Source of the DNA: Mayamaea pseudoterrestris
Taxonomy: Eukaryota
Reading direction: 5' to 3'
NCBI GenBank assembly: GCA_027923505.1
Contig: BROI01000004.1
Location: forward strand, 992,001-1,056,000
DNA: 64,000 bases
The notes beneath the pieces are model-generated. The model worked only from the letters and a program-made list of their open reading frames with translations. It ran no database searches and was not told where the DNA came from. A program made the translations under genes and the position numbers. This document shows positions 54,013-64,000 of this stretch, piece by piece. Positions within the stretch are counted from its first letter, which is position 1. Every line of letters starts with the position of its first letter.

Positions 54013-55619
54013 ATGACGAAAGCATCCCAAAAGCGAGTCATTATTGGAGTAGCAGCGTTATGCTGCGCCTGTAGTGGTGAGTGAAAAGCTCGTGTTTCGT
54101 GTGATGGTTGGAGGCGAGCGAAGCAGATGCTGCAGCTACGCACCCTTCAATGCGGCGACGTCTCTGCATATCAAACAAATTGTTAGTCGGTGAAGTGCGC
54201 ATACATATTCGAAATATCATCTCATTCCTTCTTATTTCTATTCGTGCAGTCGACGCCTTCTCCGCGGCCCCCGTCGCGCCACGCACCTCTCCATCACAAC
54301 CCGCTCTCGCTAGCCGACAATCACCGTTGCATTCCACCGTCATGGACTTGACTTCCGAAATATCATCAACATGGGACAGAACTAGTCGCTCCAGCGAAGT
54401 ATTGGATTTTGCAGAGCAAGTGTTGGTACTGGAGAAGCGGCGAAACGCCGACCACAAACTCATGGAGGAATCGTCGCAAACGTCGCCACTATCCGCAAGC
54501 GCCCTTGATTTAGACGACGACGGCTTTACCAATCTACCAGTCCACAATGAGGCGCTCCGCGAGTCACTACTGGCAGAAAAGCGCTCCAAGTCGACCAGCT
54601 CCACTTCCACCAAAATCACCGCATCCGTACGCGAGACTGGCTTTGACAGCATGCGCACCTACATTAAGGAAATGTGCAACCACGAGCTGCTGAACAAGAA
54701 TGAGGAAATTATATTGGGGCGAGAGATTCAGATTCTCATTCAGTACGAAAAGGAGCGCGACAAGCTCGAGTCGGAGCTGCTGCGACCACCCACCTACCAG
54801 GAGTGGGCGCACCACATTGAACCAAACATGACGGTATCGGATTTAAAAAAGCAGATTCGCAGAAGCTTGCGCGCCAAGACGGCGCTGACCGAGTCCAACG
54901 TACGACTCGTGGTGAGCATCGCCAAGCGATACAAGAGTAGTGGCGTGAGCTTTCAGGACTTGTCGCAGGAGGGAATTTTGGGATTGACGCGGGCGTGCGA
55001 AAAGTTTGACCCCGAGCGGGGCTTTCGCTTTTCGACGTATGCCACCTGGTGGATCAAGCAAAGTATTAGTCGAGCGATTGCGGATCAGGCGCGGACCATT
55101 CGACTGCCCGTGCATATTCATGACCATATTCGGCAGCTACGGAGCGCGGAGCGTGACTTGAAGAGTGAACTTGGTCGGGAGGCAACCATGCAGGAGATTG
55201 TGGAGCGCACCAAATTGTCGGAGGAGCGAATCATGTTTCTCTATCGAGTTGGCCAGAAGCAAGTGTCGACGGAGCAAAAGTTAATATCCGGCGGCAAGGC
55301 CAAGGGAGATGGAGACGGCGTTACATTGGGAGAGATTGCCAGCGATCCTGACAGTCAACCGATTGAGCTTGCGGCCTACCAAATGCTCAAGGACGATATC
55401 AGTCGCCTCATTTGCACACTAAACAGTCGCGAACAGGCAGTGGTGCGAATGCGATACGGTCTCGACGACGGTAAGGCCAAGACGCTCGAGGAGATTGGAG
55501 CACGATTCAGTGTGACACGCGAAAGGATACGGCAGATTGAAGCTCGAGCCTTGCACAAGCTACGACAGCCATACAGAAATCATTCGGTCAAGTCCTATGT
55601 GAAGGAGTATGCGGGTTAG
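54013..55619 (+). CDS. nucleus-encoded plastid RNA polymerase sigma-70 factor; intron 54077-54249
   Basis: [61 protein letters not shown]; the spliced presequence ends CSVDA-F. Confidence 0.95.
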
Positions 55620-55757
55620 ATTTGCAATTGCGTTGTACAATACTGATATTATGAAGCTTAAACATTACATTTGATTCCAAAACTGCTATACTGTTAAGAT
55701 TAAATAATTACTATATGCGTGTCCATTTGTGACATGCCCCGTCGACCTAAACAACTT

Positions 55758-57382
55758 TTACGAAGCAACGTGCCCAGCATCGGAGACTACCTTGGCGACG
55801 GAGCTTTCAAACATTCGTAGCGCATCATCAATTTCTTGCTCGGAAACAATCAAGGGCGGAACGAATCGAACAACGTTGGCACCAGCACCGACGAGTAGTA
55901 GACCTTGTTCCATGGCTTCCCCAACAATCTTGCCTGGTGCAATGTTGCTATCCGTTATTTCCACTCCCTTCAAGAGGCCCCATCCACGAACTTCACCAAG
56001 TACTTGCGGATACTTTGCCGCAACAGCCTCCAATCCCTTGGACAGCTGTTCTCCCCGGTCTACAACATTTTGAAGAACGTTGTGATCCGTCATGTACTTG
56101 GCCACGGCCAAGCCCGCGGCGCACGCCAAGGGATTACCGCCATACGTACTCGCATGATCGCCCGGTCCAAACACATCCGCCACTTTACTCGACGCCATCA
56201 TGGCGCCAATGGGAACGCCACCTCCCAGTGCCTTGGCCGATGTAAACACATCTGGCTCCACACCAAGATTTTGGTAACCCCACAGCATACCGGAACGTCC
56301 CATGCCAACTTGCACTTCATCGCAAATCATGAGTGCACCAGTGTCATCGCAAAGTTGACGAACCCGGGCAAAGAAATCCTTGTCGCCAGGAATAATGCCA
56401 CCTTCACCCTGCAAGGCTTCCATCATGATTGCTGCCAATCCCTGTCCATCAGCTTGCTGCACTTGTTTGACAGCCTCTTCGAGTGCACTCACATCGTTAT
56501 AGGGAACGTACTTGAATCCAGGCACCATTTCGCCATTGTAGCCAAAGCCCTTGTGATACTTTGGCTGCGCCGTGGCGGTCAGCGCAGCCAACGTTCGTCC
56601 GTGAAAGGATTGCTCCGCCGTGATAATGATTGGCTTGGTAATGCCGCGGTCACTGGCGTGTCGGCGCGCCAGTTTGATCGCCGCCTCGTTACTTTCGGCG
56701 CCACTGTTGCAAAAGAACACTTTTTGCGCAACAGAGTTTTGCGACAGCCAATGGGCGAGTGCTGCCTGCGCCGGAATCAAGTACAAATTGCTGCAGTGGT
56801 GGACCGTTTGCATTTGCTGCGTGACCGCGTCGGCAAGCTCCTTGTTGCCGTGTCCGAGTGCGCATGTGGCAATGCCGGAGACGCAGTCCAAGTACTCCTT
56901 GCCGTCCGTCGTGTAGAGCTTGCAGCCCTTGCCGCTCTTAATGGTCAATGGGAAGCGACTGTGACATTGGAGAAGAGAGTGATGGGAGGATGAGTTAACG
57001 TGAAGCGAAACATAAACAGTTGCGAGCCAATTGTATTGATTTATATTTACAATCATACATTCAATGACTTCACAGCCGATGATTTTCCCTGTCGTTCTCT
57101 CGAAACATTTAACGCGGTCAATGGCTCTTACCCATAGGTCTTTTGCACATTTTCCTCATACAAGTCGGCCGTCCCCGAAGGCTGACTCATGATTTCATCC
57201 AACGACATCGGAGGAACGAGTTGCGGCGCCGTCGTTGTTGCTGTTGCCGTCGTCGACTGCTGCAAACTTGTCTTAGCAAGGCGAGCGGATGCAGCTGACG
57301 CAGTTGACGACGAAACAAAGGCATTGGCGCTAGAGGCGGCAGCAGCTAGCAATAGTGCGAGACATAGATTCTTGTTCATCAT
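55758..57382 (-). CDS. argD: acetylornithine aminotransferase, plastid-targeted; exons 57382-57132 and 56958-55758
   Basis: TYG|RFP, FFCNSGAESNE, SFHGRT, EALQGEGG, DEVQVGMGRSG, SAKALGGG, HASTYGGNP; presequence SANA-F. Confidence 0.93.
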
Positions 57383-57899
57383 GATTCTATTGTAAGTGGA
57401 TACAAAAAGCAATGGCTCAAATGATTGAAAGAAATGGATATGACGAAAAGTGCAAGCCAACCACCACGGAAGTTCTTGACCCTTCGGGATGCAGCTGCAG
57501 ACGCGCGATCTTTGAAAATGTCTTAGCGTTTCTCAGTCATGGTTGTCGCTTCGGTACTTGGTCATTTTCTTGGTCACATCATGGTGAAAACACCAGAAAA
57601 TGACCGCATGGCGCAACTTGTACGAGGCCTTCTCCCGACATAATTGCAGCTCTCCGTTTCGACAGAGGATCCATTGCCCACAAGAGCCAAGCATTCCAAC
57701 AATATTTGAAAGCAAGCTCTGACACTATAGTCAAACTGTAAAGCCAAGCAAGCAAATTACATTACCGAGCTGTCATTGAGCGTTCCGTCGGATCAGCCCG
57801 ACCTTTTTTCACAGAAAACGAATACGGACATCCTACATACTACATACCGATCCTTTCACATTGATCAAGCAGGCTGTACATTGACGAGACGAAGAAAGC

Positions 57900-60471
57900 A
57901 TGCCAGCCAGTTTTGAGCTCGAAAGCTCCATTCACAATGATGACGACGACGAGGAGGAAATGGCGTCGCTCATGAACGAAACCGTCGATGGCCAGTCCGC
58001 CAAGCGATCACCGTCGCAACGACCAGATCAGCACGACAATTTGAGTGGCAAGAAAAAGTGGGTTGGAATGGTTTGCATCTTTGGTTTGATTCTCTTGATA
58101 GTAGCCTATCCAAGAGGATCAGAGAGAATTGACGGATCAGTCGATACACTCAACAAGCCAAAGGGTAGTGGAAATTATGCACCCGCTCCGACGCCAGCTG
58201 CCGCGTTCGAGCGACCCGGCACCGGCCCTTTCGGTGCACCTGGTTGGAAGATGAGTCCAAGTCGTCTTTCACCAACGTATTTGCCACGAGGACAACCTAT
58301 TACACCCGCACAAAAGCAAGCCATGACGGATCAGTACGGACAATGGACGTTCGTCGACCCCAAGGCGACGCAACGTCCCGGAGAAGACTTTTACGCCAAA
58401 TTTCCCAACCGCGACGTGCCGCGCGAACAGTTTCCGTCAAACGCTTGGCAGACTGACTCTGAATACTTGTCGGAATTTTTGAATGCCAGCTTGGAGCTAG
58501 TGATTCGTGCGCAGGAAGCCATTTTGAGCGAGTACGGCCACGGCAAGTTGGACGAACCGGAGCTCGACTTTGACGAACGGTCCAAAATGTTTTACGTCAA
58601 CATGGTGGACATGCGCAACGACACGTGGGCATCCGACGTCACGGAGCCAACCGCGGCGGGCTGGCACGACAGGACGGCGTGGGAGAATCTGCAGAAGCGC
58701 ATTCTGCATGCCATTTTGACGGAAGATTCCTTCACATTTCTAATGGGAGGTCATTCGGCGGCAGCTGGACATGGCAATCACTTTTGGCAGAGTTATACGT
58801 TGCAAATGGGTAAAATTATTGAACCAGTCTTTGCTCGAATGGGAGTGTTTTTTTTTTAAAGCACACAATATAGGAATGGGAGGCCTTGGGACAGTTCACA
58901 ACGCCATGGGAGCGAGTGAAATTTACGGAACTGACATTGATATATTGTATTGGGATTCCGGAATGACAGAAATGAGCTGGCAAGCATTGGATTTATTTTT
59001 GCGGGCCAGCATTATCAGCGAAGGCAAAGTGCCAGTGAGTTGGGGCTCGTTGGCGAAGGACGGTATTCGACAGTTTGCCCTTAACACCGGTGCTGATGTG
59101 GCCATCATTGGCGGAGGCGCTTTTGGAATGTTGGGCATTCCAAAGACGGCATCGCTGGCCGAGGTGGAAAGCATACCGTGGGCTGCTCGGTATCTTGACT
59201 GCACTTTGGATGTGGCGGACGAATGTCAAGTGAACAAGTATTTGACGAAATGTTGGGTAGATAGACCGGATTTTATTCCACCAACTGATCAAGCTCCCGT
59301 GAATACCGGATCGCAGGTTAGTTGGCATCCAGGTTGGAGGACTCACCAACTTAATGGTCGAGTACTAGCGTTTGCTTTGCTCCGAGCAACGCGTCAGGCC
59401 TTGAAGCGATGGAAAGAAGCGGACGGATATATTCTCCCCGATGAAGCATGGCACGTTACTAGCCTTTACGAAACAATTCGATCAAAAACGCTCAGTTTCG
59501 AAAGTGAGGCATGTTTGGGGCTTCCTTGCCCAGACTTGTTCTGTAAGTACCCTATGAAGGCCAAGACGGAATTCACGCCAAAGGTCGGTGGTTACGAGTC
59601 TAGCATTCGGAGTATTATGAAACTCGGTGGTGTTATTCGTAGACCACCCCCCAACGTCTACGATCCTCCCGATGTCCGTCTCCCATTCGCCGAAGTTCCA
59701 GAAGGTGCAGCGGATGCCGTGAACATAATCGAAAATGGTATCGACTTCGTCCCGAATCTCGCTCGCATAAAACATACGGAGCGCCTATTGAATCCCGTAC
59801 CTTACGAGTTTAAAAGCCAAAACTACATCACTCCAGGCAATGGAACTTGGACTAACTCCAACGCAGCTCCGGATAACTGTGATGGCACGTGGGACTCATT
59901 TTGTAATCGTTTTGCAGGTTCTAATTGCCTGTTGATCGATCACAACGATGGTCGTAACGGTCTATTGATGGATGGGCTGAGTGGATGGATTGTCCTCGAC
60001 ATTGCCAATGTTGAAAAAGGCCTGATCGTTGTCAAAATTGAAACCTGGCATAACTCGGGTGAAAATCTAGCGACGACCAACTGGACGTGTGCAAACAATG
60101 ATTGTCCTCCCGAGCGACAATTACAATCTACAACCTTTGTGAAACAAACCGGAAGTCCCTCACAACAACTTCTATTTTCATCTGACAATGCTTCCGTGAC
60201 TCGAGGCAAGGCGCGTCGGCTAAAACCGGAACCTCCAAAACCATGCGAGGCATTTCGCTTCGAGTTTGCCATTGATGGTAAGATTACGAGTTGGACCAAC
60301 GAAGAGTTTGAAGCGCGGCGCACCCAAATAGCTCGAGTGGTCGCGACTTGGACATTGCTCGATGATCCCAGCTACGTGGCGGATGGAGCAAAGGATATCG
60401 AGCTAGCAATAAGGATCACAGGGTGTGGCAATTTCGTCACGCACTCACTGACACATGTCTATTGGGCATAA
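57900..60471 (+). CDS. type II membrane SGNH/GDSL-like protein, split by a frameshift in the T10 run at 58848-58857
   Basis: TM near the N-terminus; MGGHSAAAGHGN, NIGMGG, WDSGMTE, SWHPGWRTH. Removing one T joins the two ORFs. Confidence 0.65.
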
Positions 60472-60809
60472 AATTGCGTTGAGCATGCAACAAAAGCATG
60501 CCGGGAACTACTGGAAGCCATAATTGATCATAAGATGTGCAACTATTCGCTTCGCATTTTGTAGCTTACAAGGGCGTTCATAAGGCAGACGTACTCTTGT
60601 TTGTTTTTCGTTTCGTGCAAGATACATGGCAGCATGGCACATAACTAAGCAATCATTTTTGCCATCGTAACACTGTGCGCACCATTGTTCTCCGTCAAGG
60701 ATGCAGATAGTTCAATCCTGGTCTTCAGCAAGACTGTTGCGGACGCCAAGTATTGGCCACCAAACTTGTTCGCAAGGATATTACTCGAATTAGCGGAGCG
60801 CAATGACTA

Positions 60810-62285
60810 TTATCGCACCACTTTCGCACATGGATCCTCGTGCCAGTCCCTCACGAGCGTTTCAAAGTAATGACGCTCCGAAATTTTGACCTTGGGGTTA
60901 TTCATCACGTAGTGTATGATCCACACCGAAGCCCTCATGCTGATTTCCATTAGCTCTTGTCGCAACGTATAGTATTTGGTTTCGCAAATGTTGATGGCAG
61001 TTTCCGACGTTTCCGTCACCTTGATTGGTGCCACCATGATGGGCTCGTCATTGTCCATGATAGAGTCGCCGTCGAGTTTTAAAAACGACTTGATGTCGCG
61101 TCGCAGCGCGGCGCGTCGGTCAGCATCTTCGTCATATAGTTGCCTCGTTTCCAGCAACAATATGTGGTTGCTTCGACGCCTGTTGTCATGTTGCGCAGCT
61201 ATATTTTGCTTTTGCCTCCACAGCGCAAACGGCACGTCCAGTAATTGACGGGCCCGTGCATCGTGTTCCGTATGCAGCCACAGACTCAAGTGAACGTGGA
61301 CGCGCACTTGATCCGGCATGGCGGCGCCCACGAGCGTTTCGGCGGGGGGTAGCATGTATATCGTATTATTATTGTTGTTACTACTGATGTTAGAGGCATC
61401 ATGACGCCGCATACGACGACGACGTTGCTGCTGGTGATTGTACCAGCGCTCGAACCAGCGCACGGGGTGCTGCAAGACCACCACGAGTTTGGTGCGCGCA
61501 AAGTGCTGGGCCACAAACTTGGCCGAACCAGCGGATTGCACGTCCTTGGTGTTGACGTAGCCTCGTCGAAGTGTGTTATTGTTGTTGTTTTTGGCAGTTG
61601 ACATTAGATTCGCATGCAAAACTTGCACCAGTTGACTTGGTTGCTTGCGCTGGAGCGATTTATCCGAAAGTAGCTGCACGTTGCCATGCTTTCGCAACCA
61701 CTTTGCCAAGTGACTTGCCCCCGCGTAGGGCGATCCAATCATGGCAAAATCCAGCAGAAACTGCACGTCTCCAATAATTTGGTTGGTGCTATTGTCATAG
61801 AGCTGGTCGAGTGATGGATAATTTAAAGTGCTGTTGTACTTGTCGCTGCTGATGTCGTCAGTTGCTTTTAATTTCGAATCTTTTTCTTGACTGCCTTCGA
61901 CTCCATCAAAAGAACTGTCAAACCGGTCGTCACTGTAGCGCTTAGTGTCAACGAAACCATCGTCCGTGACATCCTCTGGGCGAACGTAGGCTTGTCTGTC
62001 CGAGACGGAAACGTCGTGAAACATTTCAAACACCTTTGTGGATTGCTGTCTATCGTCATCGTCGTCGTCGTACGAAACAAATTTTCCGGCTTCACCATGC
62101 TTGCCCTTGTTTGTTTGATGACTCTGCGGAAGACTCTGCAACGGTGACTGAACATGCAGCAGTTCATTCAGAGTTTGCTGCAAGCCAAGTTGCGTTGACG
62201 ACGACGATCGCTGCCACCAAAGAGCGACGAGGCACAGCGAGCCGAGAATCACCGACAGCCTGTATATGATCAAAAGCTTTGACAT
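60810..62285 (-). CDS. Golgi-type sulfotransferase-like protein with degenerate PAPS motifs
   Basis: N-terminal TM; LLDFAMIGSPYAGAS, KLVVVLQHPVRWFERWYN, INIC, W..DPC. Confidence 0.75.
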   Translation of the reverse strand: MSKLLIIYRLSVILGSLCLVALWWQRSSSSTQLGLQQTLNELLHVQSPLQSLPQSHQTNKGKHGEAGKFVSYDDDDDDRQQSTKVFEMFHDVSVSDRQAYVRPEDVTDDGFVDTKRYSDDRFDSSFDGVEGSQEKDSKLKATDDISSDKYNSTLNYPSLDQLYDNSTNQIIGDVQFLLDFAMIGSPYAGASHLAKWLRKHGNVQLLSDKSLQRKQPSQLVQVLHANLMSTAKNNNNNTLRRGYVNTKDVQSAGSAKFVAQHFARTKLVVVLQHPVRWFERWYNHQQQRRRRMRRHDASNISSNNNNNTIYMLPPAETLVGAAMPDQVRVHVHLSLWLHTEHDARARQLLDVPFALWRQKQNIAAQHDNRRRSNHILLLETRQLYDEDADRRAALRRDIKSFLKLDGDSIMDNDEPIMVAPIKVTETSETAINICETKYYTLRQELMEISMRASVWIIHYVMNNPKVKISERHYFETLVRDWHEDPCAKVVR

Positions 62286-62524
62286 GCTATTTTATAACGC
62301 TTCGATACATGCAATAACTGAATTTGCTTGCAGCAGAGACGGCAGAAGGGGTGCCAGAGGTGCTGCTTTTGTGAAAGATGAACGAAGCAGCATGGCATCA
62401 AAACGTGTTCAGTACCGCTAAGAGGATATGTATGTCGTACCACCACTAACTATCGCCGAAACAAAACGGTTCTCCATCACTGCCAAAAGCCGACGAGAGG
62501 TGCAACGAACGAGTCATCCACGGC

Positions 62525-63730
62525 ATGACGACCATCCAGCTAGCTCGCAAGAATGCTAACAAAAGTACTAAAAGCTGCCTTCATCCGCAGCGACTACGCC
62601 TTGCCATATTTACTGCTTGCTTTCTCGCCACTGGTTTCATCGGCAGCAACAGCAACACCATCAAGTCGTTGAGAAATTCGATTTCAGCATTTCATCTACC
62701 ATTCGTTTGCAAGCGCTCTGCTACAATTAAGAAACCTCCATTATATTCATTGATATCCAAAGATGAAGCTAACATTACCGGAAAGGTCGACTGGCTGTTG
62801 GACTTTGTCATTGCCGACCACCCCAAGTGCGCCACCACGAGCATCATGCAAGCTTTATATCAACATGAACAAGTCAAAATGTACAATCATGAAATATACT
62901 CGCTGGCCAATGGCGATCCGGTGGATCTGGTCAAGCAACTGTATGCGCTTGGTGGTGATAATAAAAATAATGACAATGCGCATTCATGCAGCAACAACAA
63001 GATTATGAGGGGTTACAAGTCTCCCAACGAACTGCGACGCCTGCAATCACTCTGGTTGCTGCAGAAATATTTTCCAACGACAAAGCTCATTGTCGGACTC
63101 CGGCATCCCGTGTGGTGGTTTCAATCCTGGTACAATTTCAAGGCAACCCAAGGTAAATTATTGAATAACCATTCCACGGAACGGTTCGTTGACAACCTTC
63201 CGCCCATGCTCGACTTTCACAAGAATTTGGCGCAACTAGGCAAGACGAATGCAACCACTGATAGTCGCGAGCAAGGCTTGCTGGGAAACGATTTTCCGCG
63301 GCCGCTCAAGCCGTTTCAGGTGCGCCTCTATGAGCGACTCAACATGGAGCTAGTCACCGACGAAACGAGCGGCGCCACCACCGTTGCCATGACAAAGCTT
63401 GACAATCCAGTATTCTTGTACGTGGACGAGCAAGTCAACGATCCAGCCTTTTCATCCAGTCTTCAGTCATTTTTGCACCTCGACACACCCATCGCTCCCA
63501 TTGGCCGCAACAATTCCGCCGCCGCGCATCGCATGGACGTTTGCCACTACAGTCATCGGCCTCTGCGCGCTGCGCTGGTGGAGCTGGGAAGCGACATGGC
63601 CGACTGGATCTTGGAGTATTTTGTAACATTGCCAGAAGTGACAGTTTCGTCGCCAAACAAGTTTCGCGCGTTACTGCTGGAATGGAAGAAGGATCCCTGT
63701 CGCGGGCCGTTGGTGTTTGAATATGACTGA
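62525..63730 (+). CDS. Golgi-type sulfotransferase (heparan-sulfate-sulfotransferase-like fold)
   Basis: N-terminal TM; LLDFVIADHPKCATTS, RGYKSP, KLIVGLRHPVWWFQSWYN, WKKDPC. Confidence 0.8.
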   Translation: MTTIQLARKNANKSTKSCLHPQRLRLAIFTACFLATGFIGSNSNTIKSLRNSISAFHLPFVCKRSATIKKPPLYSLISKDEANITGKVDWLLDFVIADHPKCATTSIMQALYQHEQVKMYNHEIYSLANGDPVDLVKQLYALGGDNKNNDNAHSCSNNKIMRGYKSPNELRRLQSLWLLQKYFPTTKLIVGLRHPVWWFQSWYNFKATQGKLLNNHSTERFVDNLPPMLDFHKNLAQLGKTNATTDSREQGLLGNDFPRPLKPFQVRLYERLNMELVTDETSGATTVAMTKLDNPVFLYVDEQVNDPAFSSSLQSFLHLDTPIAPIGRNNSAAAHRMDVCHYSHRPLRAALVELGSDMADWILEYFVTLPEVTVSSPNKFRALLLEWKKDPCRGPLVFEYD

Positions 63731-64000
63731 GTCATTAAAGTCAATGGCACGTGAGTGATTTGACGTTAGGCGAAAGGATTGATTGTTGCAGCTTTGTGGG
63801 GGTGAACAAAAGCCACCAATGCTAATTTCAGCTGAATGACATAACAAAAATAAGTAATAGCCTGATAAGAATGAGTATATGTGACACAATATTTCTCTAC
63901 ATCCTGTTCGTCGCATGCGATGAGTGCCTGGCTTTCTCTGCTATTACTAATCGCTTCGCCAATCGAACGGATAGCCTCTCATCGTACCGGTACTGAATTC

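Noticed and set aside
55905..56993. 362-aa + strand ORF
   Set aside because: Antisense shadow of argD with no recognisable motifs; the same applies to 50069..50950, 5463..6101 and 54041..54658.
54013..57382. sigma-70 and argD as bacterial contamination or an operon
   Set aside because: Both have spliceosomal introns and bipartite plastid presequences and are convergent.
1..64000. tRNA, rRNA, snoRNA or telomere repeats
   Set aside because: None recognised by eye in introns or intergenic gaps; tRNAscan-SE/Infernal would be needed to exclude them.

Overview
Gene-dense eukaryotic nuclear DNA, almost certainly from a diatom. The evidence is short GT-AG introns, bipartite signal-peptide + ASAF-type plastid targeting on several genes, a nucleus-encoded plastid sigma factor, and diatom-type sulfotransferase/SGNH/EGF families. 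The window holds about 27 host genes, including CPOX, an HMG-box protein, cyclophilin, an ELM2-SANT-PHD protein, a kinesin-like protein, Cu amine oxidase, BTB, PP2A-C, COX10, GT64, a D-glutamate-cyclase-like protein, dynactin p62, glutaredoxin, sigma-70, ArgD and two sulfotransferases. Mobile DNA comprises the 5' half of a probable DIRS/Ngaro-type retrotransposon (1-~3700, minus), a 5'-truncated Ty3/Gypsy element (~11313-14680) and Helitron-like 3' ends (~36260-36412). Best leads: (1) a plastid-targeted fusion of FIST sensor domains to an indole-3-glycerol-phosphate-synthase barrel lacking catalytic residues; (2) a gag-UGA-pol in-frame junction with a 12-bp hairpin 6 nt after the stop, suggesting readthrough; (3) an intron-split membrane protein with a bacterial-toxin-like HNH motif; (4) a likely CENP-K homolog; (5) a CpG-eroded chimera of two neighbouring genes; (6) an intergenic TACCGGTA palindrome recurring six times. 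All homology calls are from motif recognition by eye; no searches were run. Several frameshifts fall in homopolymer runs and may be assembly errors.
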